61,533 nt of DNA from a virus. Made by a program: the position numbers and the translations under genes. Below the pieces are notes generated by a model. That model ran no database searches, had not been told where the DNA came from, and worked only from the letters and a program-made list of their open reading frames with translations. Shown here one piece after another: positions 41,614 through 49,097 of this stretch (position 1 is its first letter; every line of letters starts with the position of its first letter). The DNA is taken from the IMG/VR virus record IMGVR_UViG_3300045988_054859. The stretch is one strand, 5' to 3'.

Positions 41614-42200
41614 CAGATAAGCCCCTTCGCCTTGTTCACGAGCAACTGCGCCAGTTCGACCTTGCCTGCGGGGTTCTCGTCAATGTACTTATCCATTGCC
41701 TCATGCACCTCCTCGGGCAGGGTGAACGTCATGGTGTAGCTTGTCGGCTCGCTCTTGCCGGTGTCGGAAAAGTCCTCGTTCAGCAGGTCCTCGATATGGT
41801 CGTATGTCACCTTGAGGGCGTCGAGTTCCCAGTCCTCGAAACCAGTGAGGGCCATTTCGTCCTGCTCTTTCAGCTCGTCCAGAATCGCGGTGAGCTTTTC
41901 GTTGTCCCACCGGCCGGAGATTTTGTTGAGCGAGACGTTAAGGATGCGCTCCTCCTGTTCGTTGAGCTCGACCTCGACGACTTCGACCGTCTTGTAGCCC
42001 TGCTCCACCAGCACCTTGAGCCGCTGATGGCCGCCTACGATGTTGCCGGTGGTCCGGTTCCATACGATGGGCTCAACATAGCCGAAAGTCTCGATGCTCC
42101 GGGCCAACTTGTCGTACTGCTTGTCGCCCGGTGCGAGGTCTTTCCTCGGGTTGTAGTCCGCCGGATGGAGGTCGCTCACCGGCAGGGTGATAATTTTCAT
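41613..42200 (-). CDS. ParB/Srx-fold N-domain protein, paralog 1 (195 aa)
   Basis: Contains YNPRKD...RSIETFGYVEPIVWNRTTGNIVGGHQRL...NVSLNKISGRWD...TGFEDWELD. GGAGGA lies 7 nt before the ATG at 42200. Confidence 0.7.
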   Translation of the reverse strand: MKIITLPVSDLHPADYNPRKDLAPGDKQYDKLARSIETFGYVEPIVWNRTTGNIVGGHQRLKVLVEQGYKTVEVVEVELNEQEERILNVSLNKISGRWDNEKLTAILDELKEQDEMALTGFEDWELDALKVTYDHIEDLLNEDFSDTGKSEPTSYTMTFTLPEEVHEAMDKYIDENPAGKVELAQLLVNKAKGLI

Positions 42201-42215
42201 CTGCCGTTCCTCCAC

Positions 42216-42230
42216 GACCCTTTTCGGGTC
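42216..42230. promoter_or_regulatory. Operator-like dyad GACCC-ttttc-GGGTC
   Basis: Perfect member of the G(T/A)CCC-N5-GGG(T/A)C family. It sits between the leader terminator and the RBS of the first late gene. Confidence 0.4.
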
Positions 42231-42240
42231 TATAACACAT

Positions 42241-42276
42241 AAAAAAATAAGGACCGCCCGGAGTCGGGCGGTCCTT
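42241..42276 (-). terminator. Strong intrinsic terminator separating the early genes and leader from the late operon
   Basis: Perfect 12-bp stem aaggaccgcccg/cgggcggtcctt with a 4-nt loop, followed by attttttt on the minus strand. Confidence 0.8.
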
Positions 42277-42340
42277 TGTCAAGAAGGGGAATTTATTATG
42301 ATGCCAAGAAATTGTCTCTGTGCGCGGTTTTACCGCCTAC

Positions 42341-42369
42341 ATTGTATCTCAGACCTTGCGCCCTGTCAA
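42341..42369 (-). promoter_or_regulatory. Promoter TTGACA-17-TACAAT
   Basis: The minus strand reads TTGACAgggcgcaaggtctgagaTACAAT. It lies about 65 nt upstream of the terminator stem. Confidence 0.65.
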
Positions 42370-42410
42370 TGCCGCGTTTATGCCCCAGAACGGGTCGTTT
42401 CGTTACATAG

Positions 42411-43052
42411 TTAAGCCTTCTTGATGCCGTCGATGCCGAAAATCAAGGCCGACAGTGTGGCACAGGCTGCGTCCACATCCTTGTAGACGGTTCTCTTGTC
42501 GATGCTTTCCATCTCTGCTACGGCGGCCGGAGAGAGGGGCCGGTCCCGCAGATACAGGGCCTCGATAACGCGGTAGTGCCTCTGTTCGGCCTCGTCCAAA
42601 CTGTTCCCGCATACCGCCTTGTAGATGTCGAGCATCCGGTTCACATGGCGCATGATAATCTGCGTCCGGGCTGCGGACTTCATGATGCTTTCTACCTTGA
42701 GGTCGTCCTCAAGCAGCTCGTCCAGTGCCTCCACAATTTCTTCAACGCTCTCCTCGCCGGTCGCTGCGCTGGCCGCGTCGTATACTGCATTGGCACAGTT
42801 GGCATTAAGCGTGGTATAGTTACGCAGCAGGAGCTTTGTGTTACGGAATCTCCGGTCGCTACGGCTGTCCCGGAACTTCTTGCGCTCCTGCTCCACGGCC
42901 TTGATGCTGGCCTCCGCTCCGAGGCGGGCAGCGTCCGTCACAGCGGCTTCTACGCTCTCCTGTATCTCTTTCCCCAAGATGGCTCGAACGGCAGCAACAG
43001 CCGCCTTTGCCGCCACCTCTGCGGCCATTACCACAATTTCTTTTTCAGTCAT
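42411..43052 (-). CDS. ArpU/RinA-like late-gene transcriptional regulator (213 aa)
   Basis: The C-terminus AEQRHYRVIEALYLRDRPLSPAAVAEMESIDKRTVYKDVDAACATLSALIFG resembles sigma region 4. Its position just upstream of the packaging genes is typical. Confidence 0.55.
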   Translation of the reverse strand: MTEKEIVVMAAEVAAKAAVAAVRAILGKEIQESVEAAVTDAARLGAEASIKAVEQERKKFRDSRSDRRFRNTKLLLRNYTTLNANCANAVYDAASAATGEESVEEIVEALDELLEDDLKVESIMKSAARTQIIMRHVNRMLDIYKAVCGNSLDEAEQRHYRVIEALYLRDRPLSPAAVAEMESIDKRTVYKDVDAACATLSALIFGIDGIKKA

Positions 43053-43950
43053 TATGTTCCTCCTCGGTAACACCCGGCAGCTCGTCGAGCAAGGCTTTGG
43101 AAATTTTCTTGAGTGTCTCACAGGCAGTCACCACTTCGAGTGCGGAGACCCCGCTTTTCTTCATGGCCTCTGCGAGCTTGCCCGCGCTGTCCTCCGTGAT
43201 GGGGACACCCATAAATGAGAATATCGGTTTTTCCATGTTCGGCTGCTCCCTCCGTATTTCGTTCACCAGCATAAAGCGTTCCGGCGTCGTCCAGTTCATC
43301 AGGCGGCTCAACCTGCACACGGCCGCGCGCCACTCGTCCGTCTCTGGCTTCGTCCCGTAGGACATCCCGCAGAACGCCGTGAGCACGTCGCTCGCGCACG
43401 AGAGCTGGTCGATGTCGTCCATCGTGGGGATGTCCCGCAGCAGGTCCGGGGTAAAGCCCGGGCCAAACCGTACCGCGTATTCCTTGAGGTCCGGCTCCGT
43501 GACATAGCTCCGGCCGTACCGCTGCTTCATGCTGCGCCAGACTGTCCACGGGATTCTGTACATCCGTAGCCCGTCGAATGTGGCGACGATGAAGCAGTGC
43601 GCGCCGAGGGCTTCGTAGGAATCGAGCTTTTTGGCCTGCTCCGGGAGAACGCGGTCTTTGTTCAGCCTGCCCGTCCCGGTGCTCTTTGCCTCGAACATCA
43701 CCGCGCGGCCTCCGAGCATGACGCCTTTGAAATCAGGTTCCGCCTTTTTGGTATACACCGCGCGGAACTGCCCCGACTTGTTCGGCTGGCTCACCGGTTT
43801 CATCGGCTCCGGCGTCTTGCTTATGTCGGCTCGGCCCGTCTCTGTCAAAAGAGCGCATGAGGCTTCTATCTGTTCTTCCAGCCTCCCTCCCTGCGCGCGG
43901 CTCCGTGCTCCCTGTAAGGCCCGGAGCGGGTCCTTTACCGGACCGCTCAT
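43045..43950 (-). CDS. recU: RecU-like Holliday junction resolvase with a roughly 130-aa C-terminal extension (301 aa)
   Basis: Contains GGRLEEQIEASC...ADISKTPEPMKPV...FRAVYTKKAEPDFKGVMLGGRAVMFEAKST...GAHCFIV, the RecU core pattern. Confidence 0.6.
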   Translation of the reverse strand: MSGPVKDPLRALQGARSRAQGGRLEEQIEASCALLTETGRADISKTPEPMKPVSQPNKSGQFRAVYTKKAEPDFKGVMLGGRAVMFEAKSTGTGRLNKDRVLPEQAKKLDSYEALGAHCFIVATFDGLRMYRIPWTVWRSMKQRYGRSYVTEPDLKEYAVRFGPGFTPDLLRDIPTMDDIDQLSCASDVLTAFCGMSYGTKPETDEWRAAVCRLSRLMNWTTPERFMLVNEIRREQPNMEKPIFSFMGVPITEDSAGKLAEAMKKSGVSALEVVTACETLKKISKALLDELPGVTEEEHND

Positions 43951-44219
43951 TCGAGGTAGCCCTGCTCTCGGGCGAACTCTGCGATTTTGTAGGCGGTCGC
44001 GCTCTTGATGCCCTTGCACTCTCCGGCGTCGAGCTGTTCGAGGAGTTGCGGCAGGGTCTTGCCCGGGGACGGGGTCGATGCGCGCTGGGCCTCGGCTTCG
44101 GAGTAGCCGGTGTTGTAGGCCTCCTCCCGAATGTGGTCGATGTGCTCAACGAGCTTGTCGTCGGTCATCTTGCGCAGCTTCACGGCGCGCTCATGTACAT
44201 TCTTCTCCTCACCGGTCAT
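43947..44219 (-). CDS. Hypothetical protein (90 aa)
   Basis: ATGA coupling to the recU-like gene. Confidence 0.45.
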   Translation of the reverse strand: MTGEEKNVHERAVKLRKMTDDKLVEHIDHIREEAYNTGYSEAEAQRASTPSPGKTLPQLLEQLDAGECKGIKSATAYKIAEFAREQGYLE

Positions 44220-44236
44220 CCGGCAGTTTCTTTTCT

Positions 44237-44413
44237 TCACTTGGCTCCCTCTCTTTCCAGCCGCTTGCAGCGGCCATTCTCATAGGCCATGCACTTCTTT
44301 TCCGAGCACCAGCCGAAACGCTCCGTTGTAATCTCGGTCCGGCTAATCCACGAGTAGCTCACTTCCCGTTTCGTGCTTTTCTTGTACGGGCAAAACATAC
44401 CATCATCGCTCAT
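44237..44413 (-). CDS. Hypothetical Cys-containing small protein (58 aa, below the ORF-track cutoff)
   Basis: AGGAGA lies 7 nt before the ATG at 44413. Hand translation begins MSDDGMFCPYKKSTKREVSYSWISRTEITTERFGWCSEKKCMAYENGRCKRLER... Confidence 0.45.
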   Translation of the reverse strand: MSDDGMFCPYKKSTKREVSYSWISRTEITTERFGWCSEKKCMAYENGRCKRLEREGAK

Positions 44414-44424
44414 TGTGCTGTCTC

Positions 44425-44670
44425 CTATAAAATATTCATGTGAAGCGGCTGCCCGGTGTCAAGCTGCCGATGGATGAACTCACGCTCGAGGCAGTTACTC
44501 ACCATAACGAGGGCTCGCAGCTCTCCGGGGAGAATCTTGCTGTCGAGATAGAGCTTCTCAATTTCCGGCCCCCGCGCGTGGAGCTCCCGGATGGCCGCCT
44601 CCGCGTCCTCCCACTCGGTCAGGTCGTACAGCTCGCCGAGTGCCTTGTCGAACTCACTTTTTTCCTGCAT
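44425..44670 (-). CDS. Hypothetical protein (81 aa)
   Basis: Lies in the early operon. No recognisable motif. Confidence 0.5.
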   Translation of the reverse strand: MQEKSEFDKALGELYDLTEWEDAEAAIRELHARGPEIEKLYLDSKILPGELRALVMVSNCLEREFIHRQLDTGQPLHMNIL

Positions 44671-45337
44671 CGCTGGCCTCCTGCTTTGCCGTCTCTTTGT
44701 CCAGATTATCCTTGAGCCGGTCGAGCTTGTCCCATACGATTTTCGTGATGTTTACCAGCTCGTGAGGGTTAAAAATTGCAAAGAGCTGCACCAGCATGAT
44801 GAAAACATCAGCAGTTTCCTCCTCGATGTTCGAGTACACTTCCTGCGCCTCCCGGTTGAACGGGGTATCATACTTGCGCTTGCACTCTTTGAGCTTGCAG
44901 AGAGCTTTGGTGAGCTCCGACATTTCCTCCACAGCCTTGGTGAGCTGGGCGTCTTTGCCGTAAGTACCGATGGCGCGGTCGATGGTCTGCAAGCCCTCCG
45001 GCATAATCTCCGGGATGAGCGCGTCCTCGTAGTGCTTGAGCTTGTCGCGCAGCGAGGCGAGAGCCCACGAGAGGGTGTAGTGCTCTGCCAGCAGGCCCTC
45101 GATGGTCTCCGGGCCGTCGAACAGGTGCTCGCACAGGGTCATGTCGAACTCCTCCGGCGTTCCCTCGGTGTCAATATCTGCGTTGTGTGCCTTGATAAGC
45201 TGCTTCATGTAGTCGTTGAGGCTGATGCTCCGGCTGGGCATCTGCACCCAGCCGTCCTCGCCGCGCACGAACAGGTTGAGAGCCTGCGAGTAATTCCCAT
45301 CCGGGGTGTCGGTCGTCATTCTTCTCTGCGGAAACAT
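44654..45337 (-). CDS. MazG-like nucleotide pyrophosphohydrolase domain protein (227 aa)
   Basis: The C-terminal half has AVEEMSELTKALCK...EEETADVFIMLVQL (EExxE...ExxD metal motifs). The N-terminal roughly 110 aa are uncharacterised. GGAGGA RBS. Confidence 0.6.
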   Translation of the reverse strand: MFPQRRMTTDTPDGNYSQALNLFVRGEDGWVQMPSRSISLNDYMKQLIKAHNADIDTEGTPEEFDMTLCEHLFDGPETIEGLLAEHYTLSWALASLRDKLKHYEDALIPEIMPEGLQTIDRAIGTYGKDAQLTKAVEEMSELTKALCKLKECKRKYDTPFNREAQEVYSNIEEETADVFIMLVQLFAIFNPHELVNITKIVWDKLDRLKDNLDKETAKQEASDAGKK

Positions 45338-45433
45338 AAATTTTGTCCTCCATTTTTCAAATTTGGTGGTCAAAGATTGAAATATGCTTAAATCGTTTTC
45401 AAGTTTCGTGGTTGGATTTTGCTTGTTTTTCTT

Positions 45434-45694
45434 TCATGCCTGCCCATCCTCCGTGTATTTATTGTCGTAGAACATCCCGTCTTGCCCGATGGAAAAATCT
45501 TCATCTTCCCAGTATACGCCACAACCGTTTTCACAGGCCGCTACGCTCTCGCTTAGTTCTCCGCTTCTGGATACATAGCGTTTCGGAACTTTTCCGTCTT
45601 TTCGGATTGTGTAGTCCCGTGCGTTCTGGTAAAATTCCGAATAAATAATTTTCCCGCCACACCTCGGGCATCGGCCCCGAATGACTCCATTCAC
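45434..45694 (-). CDS. Zinc-ribbon protein (86 aa)
   Basis: Contains CPRCGG...CENGCG. Confidence 0.5.
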   Translation of the reverse strand: MNGVIRGRCPRCGGKIIYSEFYQNARDYTIRKDGKVPKRYVSRSGELSESVAACENGCGVYWEDEDFSIGQDGMFYDNKYTEDGQA

Positions 45695-45909
45695 GTTTCA
45701 TCCTCCTTTTTTGTTTTCTTCAACTGGCGGCCGCACTCCGGGCAGAAGTTCAGCGGCCGTCTTTTGTGAGTGTAGGTTGAGGCAAGTCCGCAGCCCTTTC
45801 TGAGGGTTCTCTCATAAAGGCAGACGTAATACTTTGTGTATAACTCTCTGCCGGTCTTTGGCCTGTGCTTCTTGCTCCACTCGTAATCTTCGCAAAATTG
45901 GCAGTTCAT
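45691..45909 (-). CDS. Zinc-ribbon protein (72 aa)
   Basis: Contains CQFC...CPECG. Confidence 0.5.
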   Translation of the reverse strand: MNCQFCEDYEWSKKHRPKTGRELYTKYYVCLYERTLRKGCGLASTYTHKRRPLNFCPECGRQLKKTKKEDET

Positions 45910-46436
45910 GCGCTTTCCTCGATTACTTTGAGGTCATACCCGCTCTTGACAAACTTCATACACAGTTCGTGTTTGATGCCGTTGCCGAGGTAGGTGTAGA
46001 TGTACTCCATGTCCTCCTGCGTGAAATTGGTGTCAAGCAGCTTGTTGACGCCATCAAGATGCTCCTTGCGCAAAGGTTTCGTGTAGCCCTTGCTTGCCAA
46101 ACGGGAGCAATTCTCGATGATTTTGGCTTTGAACTCGTCCGGGGTGCTGCAGTGGTTGAGGTTGATGTATGTGTTCGTCCTCGGGACGAGAATCAGCTCG
46201 AAGTTCATGGTGACGTAGGCTTTCGGGAAAGCGCGCTGAATCTTCCCGCACCACGGAGCCGCGAACGGGCTGAACCACGGCAGCATATAGCTGCGGAGCT
46301 CCTGCTGACTGACTGCTGGGGCGTCCTGAATGTGGTCGATGCAGCGCTCGATGGCCTCCCGCTCTGCGAGGCTGTCCGCCTCCTCGAGCCATCCGTTGAA
46401 TACACGGACGGTTTCCTCTGCGTTAATCGGTTTCAT
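45906..46436 (-). CDS. Hypothetical protein (176 aa)
   Basis: Overlapping stop/start codons on both sides. Confidence 0.55.
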   Translation of the reverse strand: MKPINAEETVRVFNGWLEEADSLAEREAIERCIDHIQDAPAVSQQELRSYMLPWFSPFAAPWCGKIQRAFPKAYVTMNFELILVPRTNTYINLNHCSTPDEFKAKIIENCSRLASKGYTKPLRKEHLDGVNKLLDTNFTQEDMEYIYTYLGNGIKHELCMKFVKSGYDLKVIEESA

Positions 46437-47095
46437 AACTGTCCTCCAAATTGCTCTGCAAATGCTCGAGCGACTCCCGGGAATGTCTTTGCGCGATTTC
46501 GCGCTCTGTCTCTCGTAAACATTCCCTTGTTTTTTTCATCATGTTTGTGGGAATAAGAGCCAGATGGGCACCACGTTGCAATCGGCTCAACAATGTTCGT
46601 CGGCGCGACCGGGTCAAGATTTTTCAACCATAGACAGGTTTTCTTGCTGTATGGGTGTCCAAACTGGTACGGCTGAATAATCTGCGTGTACTCTGGGAGA
46701 CAAAATACCCTGCTCGGCACCGGATTCTCAACGCATATTCTCGGGATGTCCGCCCACCAGAATCTCATAAACAGGTCGCGTCCTAAAATTCCTTTCATTA
46801 CGCGGTCCTCTTGTAGCTGGTGGCCTTTCCACAGATGTCGTGCTCCGGCGTTTGAAAGATATGTGCATGGCGGGTGCGCAATGAGCAAGTCCCACGCATC
46901 AATGTAATGCGCTTTGTCGTCCATTGTGACGATTTGCCCCCCCCCCCGCAGAGCCGGTACGGCGTCTCCGAGGATATGCCATTCCGGGTGGCCTCCGGAC
47001 GGTTCCTGCACATCGCAGGAGTAAGCCTCATGCCCTAAAGACCGAAATGCCTTACAAACTTCCTGCGATTCCTCGCAGGCAATTAAAACTTTCAC
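46433..47095 (-). CDS. Short C5-cytosine DNA methyltransferase-like protein (220 aa) containing a G11 tract
   Basis: Contains VLIACEESQEV (motif I-like), AHPPCTYLS (PC motif IV), CVENPV (ENV motif VI) and a C-terminal RNRAKTFPGVARAFAEQF. The frame is intact with 11 G. Confidence 0.6.
   Translation of the reverse strand: MKVLIACEESQEVCKAFRSLGHEAYSCDVQEPSGGHPEWHILGDAVPALRGGGQIVTMDDKAHYIDAWDLLIAHPPCTYLSNAGARHLWKGHQLQEDRVMKGILGRDLFMRFWWADIPRICVENPVPSRVFCLPEYTQIIQPYQFGHPYSKKTCLWLKNLDPVAPTNIVEPIATWCPSGSYSHKHDEKNKGMFTRDRARNRAKTFPGVARAFAEQFGGQL
46937..46947. repeat. Homopolymer C11 (G11 on the coding strand, encoding RGGGQ) inside the methyltransferase gene
   Basis: Counted by eye as 'gatttg' then 11 c then 'gcagag'. 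Confidence 0.9.
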
Positions 47096-47403
47096 GTTTC
47101 TTCCTCCGTTCCGTCCTCAAGTCTGTCCCCGCAATAGGGGCAATACTTGAAATGCCCGATAACGTGAGCACCGTACTCCCAGCCAAGGCAATGATTGCAG
47201 CCATCGCAGAACACACCGTCTTTGGTTTCTGGTACATATCCACGGATGATGTGCGCCGTTGGTCGCAGCGTTTCCGGGTCGATGGTCGGGGCTGCCTGAA
47301 TCAGCCCGAGTGGAACCGCGTGACACGCAGAGCCCTTCGGCCCGGTGATGTAGATGGCCTTTTCTTCCAGTTCGTTGGCGTCAATGAGCCTTTTTTCTGC
47401 CAT
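47092..47403 (-). CDS. Cys/His-rich hypothetical protein (103 aa)
   Basis: Contains CDGCNHC...CPYCG. Confidence 0.5.
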   Translation of the reverse strand: MAEKRLIDANELEEKAIYITGPKGSACHAVPLGLIQAAPTIDPETLRPTAHIIRGYVPETKDGVFCDGCNHCLGWEYGAHVIGHFKYCPYCGDRLEDGTEEET

Positions 47404-47653
47404 TCGTGATAGCCTCCTTTACAAGATTTAGAGCACGTTCTTTGAGTGGAACACACTGGCAGAGCCTCCGCTTTCCTGCCTGTCTTAGTCTTACGCTGAC
47501 GACTTCGATTTCGTCACACTCGCGGTGTTTCTTCCGCCCTGCTTCGTGTCCGAGGTACTCTGCCTCTTTTTGGTCGTCTGCCATGACTGCGACGCCGAAG
47601 TAGCAGGTGGAGCTCTCTGTCCTGCCCTCAAGGAACACATCATACCTCGGCAT
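47381..47653 (-). CDS. Hypothetical protein (90 aa)
   Basis: Internal ATG (MPRYDVFLEG...). Confidence 0.45.
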   Translation of the reverse strand: MPRYDVFLEGRTESSTCYFGVAVMADDQKEAEYLGHEAGRKKHRECDEIEVVSVRLRQAGKRRLCQCVPLKERALNLVKEAITNGRKKAH

Positions 47654-47993
47654 CCGGTTCCTCCTCGTATTGGTGGACATCGACGAAGATGGCTTTCTTC
47701 CACGGGAGCGCGTTGTACGCCGCCCGCGTCTCCTCCTCCGTCATGTTGTCCACCAGCTCCGGGTCATAGCGTTCGTAGAGAACGTCGTTCATCTCGCAAA
47801 TGTCGTCCTCCCGGTAGTAGGTTCTCTCTCTGCCGATGACGAACTCCTGAACCGCGCTCTCTCCCCATGAGCCAAGCCAGCAGTAATACTCGTCGCCGCT
47901 GACCACATCCCCATCTACACAGGGGATGACCGGGAGCTCCGGGTTTGCCTGCATAAGCTCGAGGAGCTGCGCGAGCTTTTCGCTCTGTTTCAT
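47640..47993 (-). CDS. Hypothetical protein (117 aa)
   Basis: ATGA coupling to the upstream small gene. Confidence 0.5.
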   Translation of the reverse strand: MKQSEKLAQLLELMQANPELPVIPCVDGDVVSGDEYYCWLGSWGESAVQEFVIGRERTYYREDDICEMNDVLYERYDPELVDNMTEEETRAAYNALPWKKAIFVDVHQYEEEPDAEV

Positions 47994-48172
47994 GTCATTC
48001 CGTCCTTTCTTTTCCGGGGCTCCACCCGGGTTGCTTTCTGCTCGGCGGCCTTGTGCCATACATAGGCCGCAACAACTATTACTGACAAGGCGACGGCCGC
48101 AAAGGAAAGCCAGTAAGTTAAGGTTTCCAGCAGGTCGTCAAGCTCTAAAAGAACCTCGTACATAGTCACCAC
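47990..48172 (-). CDS. Small single-TM protein (60 aa)
   Basis: Contains the TM segment LSFAAVALSVIVVAAYVW. Confidence 0.45.
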   Translation of the reverse strand: MVTMYEVLLELDDLLETLTYWLSFAAVALSVIVVAAYVWHKAAEQKATRVEPRKRKDGMT

Positions 48173-48176
48173 TCCT

Positions 48177-48365
48177 TTACCTGAATTTCTTCTTGAAACT
48201 GCGCACGATGGCTCGGTGCGTCCACCTACGGCAGTAGGGGTTTCGGACGCTCCCGTCGTACTCCTGCTTCATCTTCTGGTATGCCGCCTTGTTCTCCGCA
48301 TACCGTTCGCAATGGTCGTGGCATCCCGGGTGTCTGTCCGGGCACTCTTTCGGGCAGATAGTCAT
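48177..48365 (-). CDS. Cys/His-rich small protein (62 aa)
   Basis: Contains CPKECPDRHPGCHDHC. Confidence 0.45.
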   Translation of the reverse strand: MTICPKECPDRHPGCHDHCERYAENKAAYQKMKQEYDGSVRNPYCRRWTHRAIVRSFKKKFR

Positions 48366-49087
48366 AAGCCGAGCATAACGCTGGCCCGTTTCCGGGCGGC
48401 CGTCATGGTTTCGTCGTACTTCGCTGCGCTGTATACCGCGAGCGGAGCCACTGCCCGGGCTGCTCTGGCCCTCCTGAATATCTCCGAGTAGACAGCGGCC
48501 GTCTCGTATACGCTGGGGCCTCTGCCCGGGGTCGAAAGCATCCCCTTGCGGTCGTCGGTGTCAGTGACGCGGAGGTCCTCTTTGAGGGCGTCCTGTACGC
48601 ATCTGCGCAGACGGTCGAGGGCGAGGTCCTTATCCTCTTTTTCCCACTCGAGGTACTGCTTGTAGTTGTTCATGGAGTTCTGCTTGAGGCGCGCCAGCCG
48701 GTCTCTCCCGTAGCCGAACGTCTCGTGACAGGTGGCCGCCATAACAAGCCACGCGATTTCTGCGCCCTGATTGCTTGCCATGCGGAGCTGCTCCTCCCGG
48801 CGTCCTCTCGGAGCTCGGTCAACCGGCAGCCGGACCTCAAAATCACAGATGCCTTTGAGGTTCTCCCTCATGGCGTCCGTTGCGTTCTTGCTGCTGCCGT
48901 ATAGGATAGCCGTCTGGTATTTTTTCTCAAAAGCGTCCATCTCGTTACACGCCCGCAGGAGGCGGGACGCGCCAATGCCGTCGTCTTGGTGCATAGAAAC
49001 GACGATGCACCACATAAAGAGCTGCGCGGAGCGGTCGCGCTGGTCCTCGCGCTCCTGCTGGATGTTGTGGGTCAGTGCTTTCATCAT
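48362..49087 (-). CDS. Hypothetical protein (241 aa)
   Basis: Lies in the early operon. No recognisable motif. Confidence 0.55.
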   Translation of the reverse strand: MMKALTHNIQQEREDQRDRSAQLFMWCIVVSMHQDDGIGASRLLRACNEMDAFEKKYQTAILYGSSKNATDAMRENLKGICDFEVRLPVDRAPRGRREEQLRMASNQGAEIAWLVMAATCHETFGYGRDRLARLKQNSMNNYKQYLEWEKEDKDLALDRLRRCVQDALKEDLRVTDTDDRKGMLSTPGRGPSVYETAAVYSEIFRRARAARAVAPLAVYSAAKYDETMTAARKRASVMLGL

Positions 49088-49097
49088 CCAGCCCTCC

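Noticed and set aside
42231-42236. A plus-strand promoter formed by GACCCttttcGGGTC-TATAAC (same layout as the promoter at 2877).
   Set aside because: There is no -35-like hexamer at the right distance (tcctcc), the -10 is imperfect, and nothing plausible to transcribe lies downstream on the plus strand. It is probably only the operator-like dyad.
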